From the NCBI GenBank assembly GCA_947626035.1, contig CANQQR010000001.1:79096-139594 (forward strand): 60,499 nucleotides of DNA. The letters run 5' to 3'. This document shows positions 19,171-28,280 of the stretch, in pieces. The stretch comes from an uncultured Bacilli bacterium (GTDB taxonomy: Bacteria; Bacillota_I; Bacilli_A; RF39; UBA660). Position 1 is the stretch's first letter; every line of letters starts with the position of its first letter. The notes beneath the pieces are model-generated. The model was not told the DNA's origin. It searched no databases and worked only from the letters and a program-made list of their open reading frames with translations. The position numbers and the translations under genes were made by a program.

Positions 19171-20328
19171 CTACGCTGCTAAACCAATTTTCTTCATATT
19201 ATCTACCATAATTGGTATCATAAATAAATCATGATATAATTTTTCTAATCTATATTGTGTCTTTCGACTATTCTTCCCTTTAAAATATCCACGCATAGAC
19301 TGATAAGCTGTATTAATCATATCTATATTTAACTTGCCTAAGTCATATAATTTTTTGAGCTTCTTAAACTTGCGTCTATTACGTGTCACATATGCTCTTT
19401 CTACTCGCCGCACAACCTTACCTGTAGTACTTAAATTGTATTGTGTCTTAAGAAAAGTGAAAGAGTGTGTCAACTTAACTAAACGTATCTTCTTCTCATT
19501 TAACTCTATACCAACTTCCGTGCATTTCTTACTTATCTCTTGTAAACAATATTGTAAGTATTCTTTACTTTCATGAATAAGATAGCTATCATCCATATAT
19601 CTCCCATAGCCTTTAATTCTTAACACTTCTGTAATATAATGATCTATCTTATTTGGATAATTGATCGCAAATGTTTGATTGGTTTCACTTCCTAACCCAA
19701 GCCCTTTTTCTCCATAAACATCAACTGTTTGGTGAATTAAATTAATAATTCTTTTATCATATATCTTCTTCTCCATATCTTTATAAATAGGTTCATGAAG
19801 AATATTTTCAAAATAACTATGATAATCTATAAGCAAGATATATCCATCTCGTCCACGCTTCCTATAAAAATCAGTTAAATGTTTTACAATAGCTTTCTGA
19901 TGAAAACTAATTCCTTTTCTATATAAACTTGCGCCGTTATAATAAATCAATGAGTTAGAAATTATAGGAATCAAGCAATTCTGATTTAACGATTTTAAAA
20001 CTACTCTTTCACTTATATGTACGCTCTTGATATTACGTACTTTACCGCGTTCTCGCAACGTAAACTCAAAGAATCCTTTAAAGACACTATCTCCATTACG
20101 TAGCAGTCTCCGCGCCTTATAAATATTTTCTAGTATATGCGCTTCATACTTTTGAGTGCTAGCTTTCCAACCAACACTTTTCTTACACTGATAGAAAGAA
20201 TTATATAAACTTTCAAATGCTATGATATTATTAAAATTGCCATATTTTTTATTTAAAACATCTCTTTTAGCTTTTCGCGCTTTTCTTCTTCTTTGAAATC
20301 TAGCTTCATGCCTTTCGGAACTTGTCAT
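19171..20328 (-). CDS. DGR reverse transcriptase
   Basis: RYMDD catalytic motif, LLIDYHSYF, GLGLGSETNQ, FTFL; adjacent to TR and avd. Confidence 0.93.
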   Translation of the reverse strand: MTSSERHEARFQRRRKARKAKRDVLNKKYGNFNNIIAFESLYNSFYQCKKSVGWKASTQKYEAHILENIYKARRLLRNGDSVFKGFFEFTLRERGKVRNIKSVHISERVVLKSLNQNCLIPIISNSLIYYNGASLYRKGISFHQKAIVKHLTDFYRKRGRDGYILLIDYHSYFENILHEPIYKDMEKKIYDKRIINLIHQTVDVYGEKGLGLGSETNQTFAINYPNKIDHYITEVLRIKGYGRYMDDSYLIHESKEYLQYCLQEISKKCTEVGIELNEKKIRLVKLTHSFTFLKTQYNLSTTGKVVRRVERAYVTRNRRKFKKLKKLYDLGKLNIDMINTAYQSMRGYFKGKNSRKTQYRLEKLYHDLFMIPIMVDNMKKIGLAA

Positions 20329-20733
20329 AGACTATCCTCTCTTTATTAAAAAATATTTGGCACATGCGAGCCTTATCCAGGTGTGGCATGTGCCTATGCC
20401 GGGTCCTACTGTAAGATTGACCCAATCTACGCGCTATTACAAACCGTATCACTAGAGTATGGGCATGAAAGCAAGGATGACGCGTAGAACCTTGCCCATG
20501 CAAGAAGCGTCCGCCCATCTCATCCCAGCACCAATTTGTGGCAATTTCTTGCCAGCAGGTCACAAGCTCATAAATAATTATTTTTATATTATATTTTTGA
20601 CGTATGCTCATTGTCTGTATACAGGTCCAGAAACACGATCTAGACAATTGGTTTCAGCTTGTATCTCCCACCCGTAGATGTAGACCTTACATAGCTTACT
20701 CCGTCGAAGCAACGCTGATAAAAATTATTTATC

Positions 20734-20853
20734 CACAGAGGCACCCCATTAGAGTTGGTAGCGCTGTTGTAGTTGGCATTGCCGTTGTTGTTGACATTGC
20801 AGCAGTTAGTAGATGAAGCAGTGCTTACAGAAGCTAACCACCAGTTGTAGCGA
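20734..20853 (-). repeat. DGR template repeat (TR)
   Basis: 120 nt, AAC-rich, aligns without gaps to 21656-21775; all 17 mismatches fall at TR adenines. Confidence 0.95.
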
Positions 20854-20964
20854 AAATTTTTATTAAAAATTTTTGTCCCAACCGTCGTCGCGAACTCAAC
20901 AAAAACATCAGATAACCGATGTCCCACTGGAACATAGCTTGTAACCTATGTATATTATTTAAAA

Positions 20965-21384
20965 TTAAGAATCTTTATGACTCTTAATTAATTTGTCTAA
21001 TTTATGTTTGATCAGCTCATTTTCGTCAACAAGTAACGCTACAACTCTTTCATATGGGCTAATCTTAATATGTAGATGAAGCTTTGCCATTTGTAGCTCC
21101 GAAAAAATCTTATCTATTGCATCAAGCATACCTAGCAAAGCCATCTTTTGACGCTCATAAGTAATCTCAGATTTCTCTTTATCATACTTACAATTATCAT
21201 ATTTATATCCATTGTCTATTAATTCCCTACACGCATCAATTGCTGATGTGGCATAGACAAAACGATACCGTTTAGGTATAGCCTTCTCATTCATGACTAA
21301 TCTAGTAACTTCTACGCGGATTTCCTTTGCTCTGTTTAAATATTCTGTTTCCGCTATCTCTCTTTGCGTAAGCAATACGCTCAT
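20965..21384 (-). CDS. avd: Avd-like accessory variability determinant
   Basis: MSVL start, PKRYRF motif, four-helix character, located immediately 5' of TR. Confidence 0.8.
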   Translation of the reverse strand: MSVLLTQREIAETEYLNRAKEIRVEVTRLVMNEKAIPKRYRFVYATSAIDACRELIDNGYKYDNCKYDKEKSEITYERQKMALLGMLDAIDKIFSELQMAKLHLHIKISPYERVVALLVDENELIKHKLDKLIKSHKDS

Positions 21385-21599
21385 TCTTGAATCTCCTTTA
21401 ACTCTTCTTCTAACCGATTAATTTCAGCTCGCCACTCTTCTCTTTGCTCTTTAATTGGCGCATACTCTTCCTCAGAGAACAGACCTTCGGAATGTTTCAT
21501 GGCTTTATAATCGGTATCTATTAATAGACTTTTATAAATATTTATTTTGTTCATAGTTTCTTGAAATCTATAAGATTTCTCTTCATCAAAGTTGTCCAA
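21381..21599 (-). CDS. Small tail-fibre-associated protein
   Basis: TTG start with AAGGAGG; TDYKAMK...REEWRAEINRLE; follows the fibre gene. Confidence 0.6.
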   Translation of the reverse strand: MDNFDEEKSYRFQETMNKINIYKSLLIDTDYKAMKHSEGLFSEEEYAPIKEQREEWRAEINRLEEELKEIQE

Positions 21600-21621
21600 A
21601 ATTTTTTATCCTCCTTTAAAG

Positions 21622-23835
21622 TTAAACTAATTTTGTTGTGTGAGAAGTGCGGAAGCACAGAGGCACCCCAAGAGAGTTGGTAGCGCTGCCGCAGTAGGCA
21701 TTGCCGCCGCTGCTGACAATGCAGCAGTAAGTAGATGAAGCAGTGCCGACAGAAGCTAACCACCAGGCGGAGCGACCGCCACCATTTCCTCTACCCTTAA
21801 TCCTATACTTCCAATTGTTTGCAAATAATGGATATTGTACTGCTTGCCCTGAACCATATCCTGGTTGACTCCATATATTACAACCAAAAACTTCATATTC
21901 TGTAGGCACCCATAGCTTACCCATAGGATACCAGTGCCATCCCGAAGACGATGTTAATGTTGTAGATCCTTTCTGACCTCTTCGTTCTAGTAAGTATTGC
22001 TTATTAATAATTACGTTTTGTAAATCAGCAGGTAAACTACTAAATAGCCCATCAAGCTTAGATTTTAAATTGCAAGATAACCATGGTACGTCAGTTCCAT
22101 CATCTGAACCACTAGCACTAAGAGCATTATTAGTATTTGTAATATTCCATTGATATAATGTAGTAAAACAATCTTTACTAACCCAATCAATATGATGTGG
22201 TATTGGACTTAAAGTGCCTGTTTCGTATGCTCCATGAGTTTCAGTATTACCAGTATTTAAATAAGTATCAATACCAACTATTTGCGGTTTCATTGTTTCA
22301 GTGCCAACTTGAATAGTCATGTAATCGCCTAGCATAATATCTTTATAATTAACATCCTTAGTCATTTGATTAAAGTCGCTCCACCTATATCCTAGTGTAG
22401 TTAAATCACGACCTTCATAGACATGCTGACCTGGTACAATTACATAAGTTTTCATTACAGTATCTAAATATTTTTTATTAACAGCATTATCGTCAAGAGT
22501 AGGATCTGCTATTCCACTAAGTATAATATTATTAGAAGCGACATTTCCTTCTCCACCTGCAATAGTCAATGATCCTTTATCATCCATACTAATATTTACA
22601 ACATGTCCGCTATATTTTAATACAAGAGATGGAGGAATTGCATCAGACTCTATTACTAACGGTCCACTCTTCAGAGTCTGCATACTATCATTACCTAAGA
22701 AATTACTCGTAACATATTTCTTAGTAGTAGCATCATCGTTGAGTCTAGGATCTGCGACCTGCAATGTTTTTAAAGCATCTGTCTTAACGTCTTTAATCTT
22801 AACTTGTTTCTCCTCAAAGCTTACTTTAAATCCATCTCCAGCTTTATCTGTAAGACTTAATCCGTCTGCTTCAAGCGATCCCTTATTCCCATTACTATCA
22901 GTAAGAGTCACCTCAAAAGAACTTACATTTAATGTACTAGCAGCCTCATTTTCTTTAGCGGTCAGACTAATATCTTCACTTGTTACTTCATTTGTATAAG
23001 ATAAAGTACCTCCAACTGTACTTGTAGTTGTCAATTTTACATTATCGCCGCTAACAACAGTTGTATCAGTAATTTCTCCAACATCAGTCGTTGTCTTTGT
23101 TATAGTAACGGATTCATTACTGTAAGTAGCTGAAGGATCTGTTGCTGCTGTACCTGGCATCTGTAATGCCCCAGTCATAGTGTCGCCAACCTTTTTTACA
23201 AGTCCTTCTTCGCCACCTTTTACCATATATCTTTCATCGCCAAAGTCAACGGTAATTAAATCTTTTCCTTCTTTAGGTTTAGCGCCGCCTTGAAGAATCT
23301 TTGTTTGATCTTTAAGCTCTATGTGATCGCCATCATCTGCAATATGCCATAGTGGCACATCTGCGGGTATTGGTAAATTACCAAGGACGATACCTACTGT
23401 AATATCCGCGGTTGGTTTGCTATAGACCCAGAATGTAACACTGCCATCCGCGGTTTCCGCGTATCCGCTAGCAAGAATACTAAAGTTTTGAGAATATACA
23501 GACTGTTCTTCTGGAGAAGTATTTTTACCAACCAGATTGACAAGTAAAGCATTTCTGTCAGAAATATTCTCATTTTCAACTGTTTGTACCCATAAAGCTT
23601 TACCTTCAGCACCTGGCTTCCATCCACTTTCTAGCAAAGTTACTTCTACTAAAAGATTACCTTTATCTAACTCAATCTGAATGTTCTTAAATTGCTTCTC
23701 AACATTAATACCGCTTTCAAGTACGACATTTTTACCTTCAGCACCAATAGGATAAGATGTAAACGTGCCATCCGCATTTTTCTGATTAATAGTTTTTATA
23801 TACTTACCATCTTTAGGTGTTAATTCATACGCCAT
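21622..23835 (-). CDS. Tail fibre/receptor-binding protein, DGR target (C-type-lectin-like C-terminus)
   Basis: Two ADP...D(A/N)A-x-x-KKY fibre neck motifs; LWVPTEYEVFG...QYPLF...WWLAS; VR at the 3' end. Confidence 0.85.
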   Translation of the reverse strand: MAYELTPKDGKYIKTINQKNADGTFTSYPIGAEGKNVVLESGINVEKQFKNIQIELDKGNLLVEVTLLESGWKPGAEGKALWVQTVENENISDRNALLVNLVGKNTSPEEQSVYSQNFSILASGYAETADGSVTFWVYSKPTADITVGIVLGNLPIPADVPLWHIADDGDHIELKDQTKILQGGAKPKEGKDLITVDFGDERYMVKGGEEGLVKKVGDTMTGALQMPGTAATDPSATYSNESVTITKTTTDVGEITDTTVVSGDNVKLTTTSTVGGTLSYTNEVTSEDISLTAKENEAASTLNVSSFEVTLTDSNGNKGSLEADGLSLTDKAGDGFKVSFEEKQVKIKDVKTDALKTLQVADPRLNDDATTKKYVTSNFLGNDSMQTLKSGPLVIESDAIPPSLVLKYSGHVVNISMDDKGSLTIAGGEGNVASNNIILSGIADPTLDDNAVNKKYLDTVMKTYVIVPGQHVYEGRDLTTLGYRWSDFNQMTKDVNYKDIMLGDYMTIQVGTETMKPQIVGIDTYLNTGNTETHGAYETGTLSPIPHHIDWVSKDCFTTLYQWNITNTNNALSASGSDDGTDVPWLSCNLKSKLDGLFSSLPADLQNVIINKQYLLERRGQKGSTTLTSSSGWHWYPMGKLWVPTEYEVFGCNIWSQPGYGSGQAVQYPLFANNWKYRIKGRGNGGGRSAWWLASVGTASSTYCCIVSSGGNAYCGSATNSLGVPLCFRTSHTTKLV
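21656..21775 (-). repeat. DGR variable repeat (VR)
   Basis: Copy of TR with A-to-N substitutions. Homology ends at CTGTG, followed by CTTC in VR and GATA in TR (IMH/IMH* boundary). Confidence 0.95.
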
Positions 23836-23838
23836 TCT

Positions 23839-25509
23839 TTATCCAGCCTCCTCTAACGTATTATTGTCCTCAACTTTAAACCAAACACCCTTTTCATTTA
23901 AAGCATCTATCTTCTCTATTTCATTTTCTTCAGCCACTGCTAAGATCATCTCTATCTCTAGCTGTAAGCAACCTAGATAATACCAACCTTTATAAGAGCC
24001 ATCTTCTTTCTTATTATAATTAAAAGCATAGAATAGTTTACTCTTATCTTCATAACCAACAGTTACTACTTTACCAGTTAAGTTATCGCCAATCAACCCC
24101 TCTTTATAAGTTTCATTTAAATACTTAATTGTGCTTTCTTTAGTAGTAAAGTCAGCACCTTCTGGAGGACTTTCTTTTTCTAAGTTAAGACCAATTAGGA
24201 TACCGTCCTCATCCTTAATTGCTCCCATATCCTGCCAGTCATCCTCACCCATATACCCAGCGCCATCTTTACCTTTATAATTAAGATCCTGCTCTTTTAT
24301 TTGCTGTCTCTTAGCTGGATCGCTATGTTTTATAATTAAGTGAAAATCTTCAGTAACCGCGGTTTTCATGATATAGTTAAGCGGTTTTCCGATAGCTGTA
24401 CCCTTAGATTCAGCTGCATCAGTATTATATTTAACCCTTACTTGCTGAGTGCCAGTTCCTTCACCTTCTCCGTCTTCACCAGTATCAACATTAACATCAA
24501 CTAACCACTTAACCTTAGTATCTAATTGAGTATCTTCTTGATTGGTATAATGTAAAACGACAGTACCATCCTCTTGAATATCCAACCCATTGAGCCAAAT
24601 CAGTTCTATCTTCTTTTCATCATCATGTGTATATGCGATAGTTACATTGCCATCATTGTCAATATTTATATCTTCAATGACATTATAATCACCTACATAC
24701 AAAGTAACCTTCTCACCATTCGATTCCTTATCATAATGATAATAATCAACAACCCAGATCTTGCGGCCTTTCTCTTTATCATCTTCCTGATTAGGGTATT
24801 CCTCAACTGTCACTGTTTCATCATTCGCGGCAATGACTCTAAGATTTTCAAAGCCTGCACCGTGGATACCTTTAGGTATTGAAATATGCCAATGCTCGTG
24901 GAAAGGATGATCCTTTTCATCTGTTCTCTCTACTAAATTTTCATTAGTAAAATTATCAGTGTGTTCTGCCGCGTCGCTTCTATTATAATAAGGATCCACG
25001 CTTTCCGCAGAGTAATCAATTACTGGATAAGGTATCTGAAAACCTATATACGCAGTGCAATCATCATTATTCTCAGTTCTCACAGAATAACAATTCCACT
25101 TAATTTCATCATTAAACTCGCCCTCATCAGTTTTACCAGGCACCAGCGCATCATTTTCAACAGACCAGCTACCTTCACTAAATCTATATCTTACGCCCTC
25201 CTCTTTTGGCATCTCATCAACTTCTTTAAGAGTGCTCATCTCAACATGCGGAGCCATGCCAGAAGGACCAACTATCGTACCAACATATTGCGCGCCACCA
25301 AACTCATTGGTATAATCCATCCCGCGCCTATATATTTTACCATTATCTTTATCATGCTTATCTACTGTATTAATAAGCACATATTCATTAAAATGCACAT
25401 CGCTATATTCTGGGCCTTTTTTAAACCGCTCCACCATCTCCGCTACAGAAGCGTATGATTTCGCAATTACAAAGGAGTACCCAGGTCTGCCTGCATAGAA
25501 GCTGTCCAT
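23839..25509 (-). CDS. Putative tail/baseplate protein
   Basis: Acidic, beta-rich; tail-module position. Confidence 0.55.
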   Translation of the reverse strand: MDSFYAGRPGYSFVIAKSYASVAEMVERFKKGPEYSDVHFNEYVLINTVDKHDKDNGKIYRRGMDYTNEFGGAQYVGTIVGPSGMAPHVEMSTLKEVDEMPKEEGVRYRFSEGSWSVENDALVPGKTDEGEFNDEIKWNCYSVRTENNDDCTAYIGFQIPYPVIDYSAESVDPYYNRSDAAEHTDNFTNENLVERTDEKDHPFHEHWHISIPKGIHGAGFENLRVIAANDETVTVEEYPNQEDDKEKGRKIWVVDYYHYDKESNGEKVTLYVGDYNVIEDINIDNDGNVTIAYTHDDEKKIELIWLNGLDIQEDGTVVLHYTNQEDTQLDTKVKWLVDVNVDTGEDGEGEGTGTQQVRVKYNTDAAESKGTAIGKPLNYIMKTAVTEDFHLIIKHSDPAKRQQIKEQDLNYKGKDGAGYMGEDDWQDMGAIKDEDGILIGLNLEKESPPEGADFTTKESTIKYLNETYKEGLIGDNLTGKVVTVGYEDKSKLFYAFNYNKKEDGSYKGWYYLGCLQLEIEMILAVAEENEIEKIDALNEKGVWFKVEDNNTLEEAG

Positions 25510-25529
25510 AATTCTCCTTTTACCTCCTT

Positions 25530-26243
25530 TTAATAATATTTAAAGTCCATAAGAAAAAAGTCTAAACCATCTTGAGTTATTAAAGACTTCTTTAAGACAA
25601 ATCCAATATATTTGATTGTAATATCATCATAATACAATTCGTAAATACCTGATCTACCTACACGCATTTCCTCTCCATTTAATACAAATAGTAATCCAGG
25701 AGGCCCCTGGATACCTATCTTCTTTAATCCATTTACAATCTTTGGAAACAAAACTTTTAATTCAGTATCTACTATATTTAAAATTCTATCAAATCTATCA
25801 ACAGTAACTTTTAAAAATCTACCATTTGTACCATCTTCATTATACTGTTGATAATCCAAGGCATCTCGTCTTAGCAAGAAAACAATAGAATCATACGTAG
25901 CATTAGGATTAAATATTAATTCAAAAGGAACTGTACCAACCCCTTTAGGTATCTCAAAAGTTCTAATAGTTTGAGTATCCTCAGATAAAGGCTCTTTATT
26001 TCTTAGTTCAATTGTAAACTTTTGATCTCTATCTGGAATTTGATTAACACTAAAACTCATATAATAACTATTCAATGAGTCAATAACATTATCAGCTGTC
26101 AAATATAATATAGGATCATAAAAATCCATCATTATATCTGCTTCATTGATAATTTTATCTTGAGTATAATCAATTGCAGTAGTATAATTAGTAGCTTGAG
26201 TTCTTCTAAATTGTCCTACATTAAAAGTCTCTGCATCGAACAT
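25530..26243 (-). CDS. Putative tail/baseplate protein
   Basis: Tail-module position; KIGIQGPPG module. Confidence 0.55.
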   Translation of the reverse strand: MFDAETFNVGQFRRTQATNYTTAIDYTQDKIINEADIMMDFYDPILYLTADNVIDSLNSYYMSFSVNQIPDRDQKFTIELRNKEPLSEDTQTIRTFEIPKGVGTVPFELIFNPNATYDSIVFLLRRDALDYQQYNEDGTNGRFLKVTVDRFDRILNIVDTELKVLFPKIVNGLKKIGIQGPPGLLFVLNGEEMRVGRSGIYELYYDDITIKYIGFVLKKSLITQDGLDFFLMDFKYY

Positions 26244-26259
26244 CCTTTTATCTCCTTCC

Positions 26260-28278
26260 TTACAATCTATCTAAAGCTCTTGTACAAGATAACGTCATAG
26301 TGCTTGATATATCAAGAGGAATAGTGATTGTATTAATCATATAATCTCCATATATATTACTTAAACCATCTCTAACAGTAATTCTAGTGTTAGGTTCTAG
26401 GTATAAAATAGGTAATGTATTAAGTGAAATACTCTCATTATAACTTGTATATTGATACAATAATTCTCTAACTAGCACATACGCAGAATTAAAGTGTCCA
26501 CCAATAGCAAGTAAGTTATAAATATTAGCACCGACCTGCACATAATCTTGACCCTGAGCCTCGCATTCCGCGCGCAAATCCGCAGGCGAATCACCATCAA
26601 TATTAATAATAACAAGATCTGGGATCTCTGGCTCAAAAATACAATTAACACTTTCATCTACTATTATCTTTTGGCGGCGGCCTATATTTTGTACACTAAG
26701 ATCACCTATTGCGGCATGAGAGTCGATAAAATCAAGAAAATAATCTATATCACTCTGATACTTTAAAGTTTCATCAAAATACTTACCATTCTTAATATCA
26801 TATAACTTAGGCCACTCATTCTTCAACTCTGTATAATAATAATTGCTTTTAGTAGCTAAAGGATCGCTCGCACATCCTGAAAGATATAATTCTTGTCTCC
26901 AGTCTTTAGTTGTAATTTGCTCTAATCCTACAATAACTAGTTTATATTCTTTATCCGCGGGAACCCACTCATAGATGCTACCATCCGAGGTATCCATATA
27001 AAAAACCTCGGCCTGTCCAACTTTAGGGAACTGCCGCGCGCTATCAAATTTCATCGGACATTTAGCTTTTGTTAAACCATCTAGCTCGTCTTGGTAAAAG
27101 AAACAATCATAAGTATTACCAACATCTGGCTTCTTATCAATAGCTAAATGGTAACGAATAGGCCAGCTATTTCCATTAGCATCTTCTTTCATTCCCCACA
27201 CAATAAAGTCATTCTTAATCATGTTATATTGTGGGGCGTTGCTAAAAGATGTAATCAAAGTAGCATCATCAAATACATAGACAGCCTTGCCTTTTTCCAT
27301 ATCTACTAAGTAATCATCCTGTTTTAACTGATCTAATACTACAGTTGGTTGACTTGTATTAATATAATTCTTCTTCTCTTGGAAAATAAAATTACCTTCA
27401 ATGTCATAAAAATATTCGTAGTTCCCTAATACTCCAAGAATCTGGTCCAATATGTCACAAACCGAGGACCCCGCGTCACCAATAAGTTCTCCAGGGTATG
27501 TAAAATCAGTATAAATATAGCCTACATCGTCACCATATTCATACATCTTATAAGTCTGCGCGGCCGCCGCTTCAGAACCGTCAGTAGTCGGCAGATATTG
27601 GACGACACCCTCCTCCCGCTTCTCTATCACATAAAGCGGAGACGTGCCAGTCCATTTCATTACTTGTTTTACTCTAGTATCTAGATCATTGATAATTATC
27701 TTAGATACCTGTTCTCCACCAAAATGATTAACTAATTCATAAATAATCTGATAAATAGTTGGTTTAAGTGTTACGTATTTACCATTCTCATCTATTGTAT
27801 CATATTCATGGAAGGTAGTGGAGGCGGGGATCAAGCCCCCGCACTCCCCATTTAATAAGCACATCTTATCTTTGAGCTGTAATGAGATATTCACGCCATC
27901 AAGAGAGTGACTGATAGAAGGTGAGTTCATTACATAGATACCCATTGGAAACCACAAGACATCATAATCTTTATATTGATTGGTTATATTCTTATAACCA
28001 ATCTCTAAACTAGCTTTCTTATTAATAGAAAGTAAGTTATCAACATTAGTTAAATCATTATCTTTATCATAAGCCACTAAAGACAAATTGCAACTTCTGC
28101 GAACTGTTGAATTGCCATCAATAGTTACACTTCCGCCAGTAGTTCTACCCTCAATAGCTTGTAAAGGTCTCTCATAAAAATCAAGAATAGTAATTCTAAC
28201 AAACTGTTCTTTATTTCGTATCCTATCTACCTCTTCTAAGAAAGTAGAGTCATTTAAGTAAGGATAACTTCTCTTCAT
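26260..28278 (-). CDS. Putative baseplate hub/tail protein
   Basis: GSVTIDG...RRSCNL, LKDKMCLLNG, YLEPNTRI C-terminus. Confidence 0.6.
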   Translation of the reverse strand: MKRSYPYLNDSTFLEEVDRIRNKEQFVRITILDFYERPLQAIEGRTTGGSVTIDGNSTVRRSCNLSLVAYDKDNDLTNVDNLLSINKKASLEIGYKNITNQYKDYDVLWFPMGIYVMNSPSISHSLDGVNISLQLKDKMCLLNGECGGLIPASTTFHEYDTIDENGKYVTLKPTIYQIIYELVNHFGGEQVSKIIINDLDTRVKQVMKWTGTSPLYVIEKREEGVVQYLPTTDGSEAAAAQTYKMYEYGDDVGYIYTDFTYPGELIGDAGSSVCDILDQILGVLGNYEYFYDIEGNFIFQEKKNYINTSQPTVVLDQLKQDDYLVDMEKGKAVYVFDDATLITSFSNAPQYNMIKNDFIVWGMKEDANGNSWPIRYHLAIDKKPDVGNTYDCFFYQDELDGLTKAKCPMKFDSARQFPKVGQAEVFYMDTSDGSIYEWVPADKEYKLVIVGLEQITTKDWRQELYLSGCASDPLATKSNYYYTELKNEWPKLYDIKNGKYFDETLKYQSDIDYFLDFIDSHAAIGDLSVQNIGRRQKIIVDESVNCIFEPEIPDLVIINIDGDSPADLRAECEAQGQDYVQVGANIYNLLAIGGHFNSAYVLVRELLYQYTSYNESISLNTLPILYLEPNTRITVRDGLSNIYGDYMINTITIPLDISSTMTLSCTRALDRL

Positions 28279-28280
28279 AC

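Larger units (their letters stand above)
19171..21775 (-). mobile_element. Diversity-generating retroelement cassette (VR - small ORF - avd - TR - spacer - RT)
   Basis: All components present in one transcriptional direction. Confidence 0.93.

Noticed and set aside
19171-20328. RT as group II intron, retron or Abi RT
   Set aside because: Adjacent avd and an adenine-specific TR/VR pair identify a DGR; no maturase or endonuclease domain.
20306-20816. Short ORFs on both strands in the TR-RT spacer
   Set aside because: No RBS or recognisable motifs; the region is better explained as structured DGR RNA.
20640-20927. 95-aa ORF resembling the tail-fibre C-terminus
   Set aside because: It is the translation of the DGR template repeat, which is open by design; no convincing RBS.
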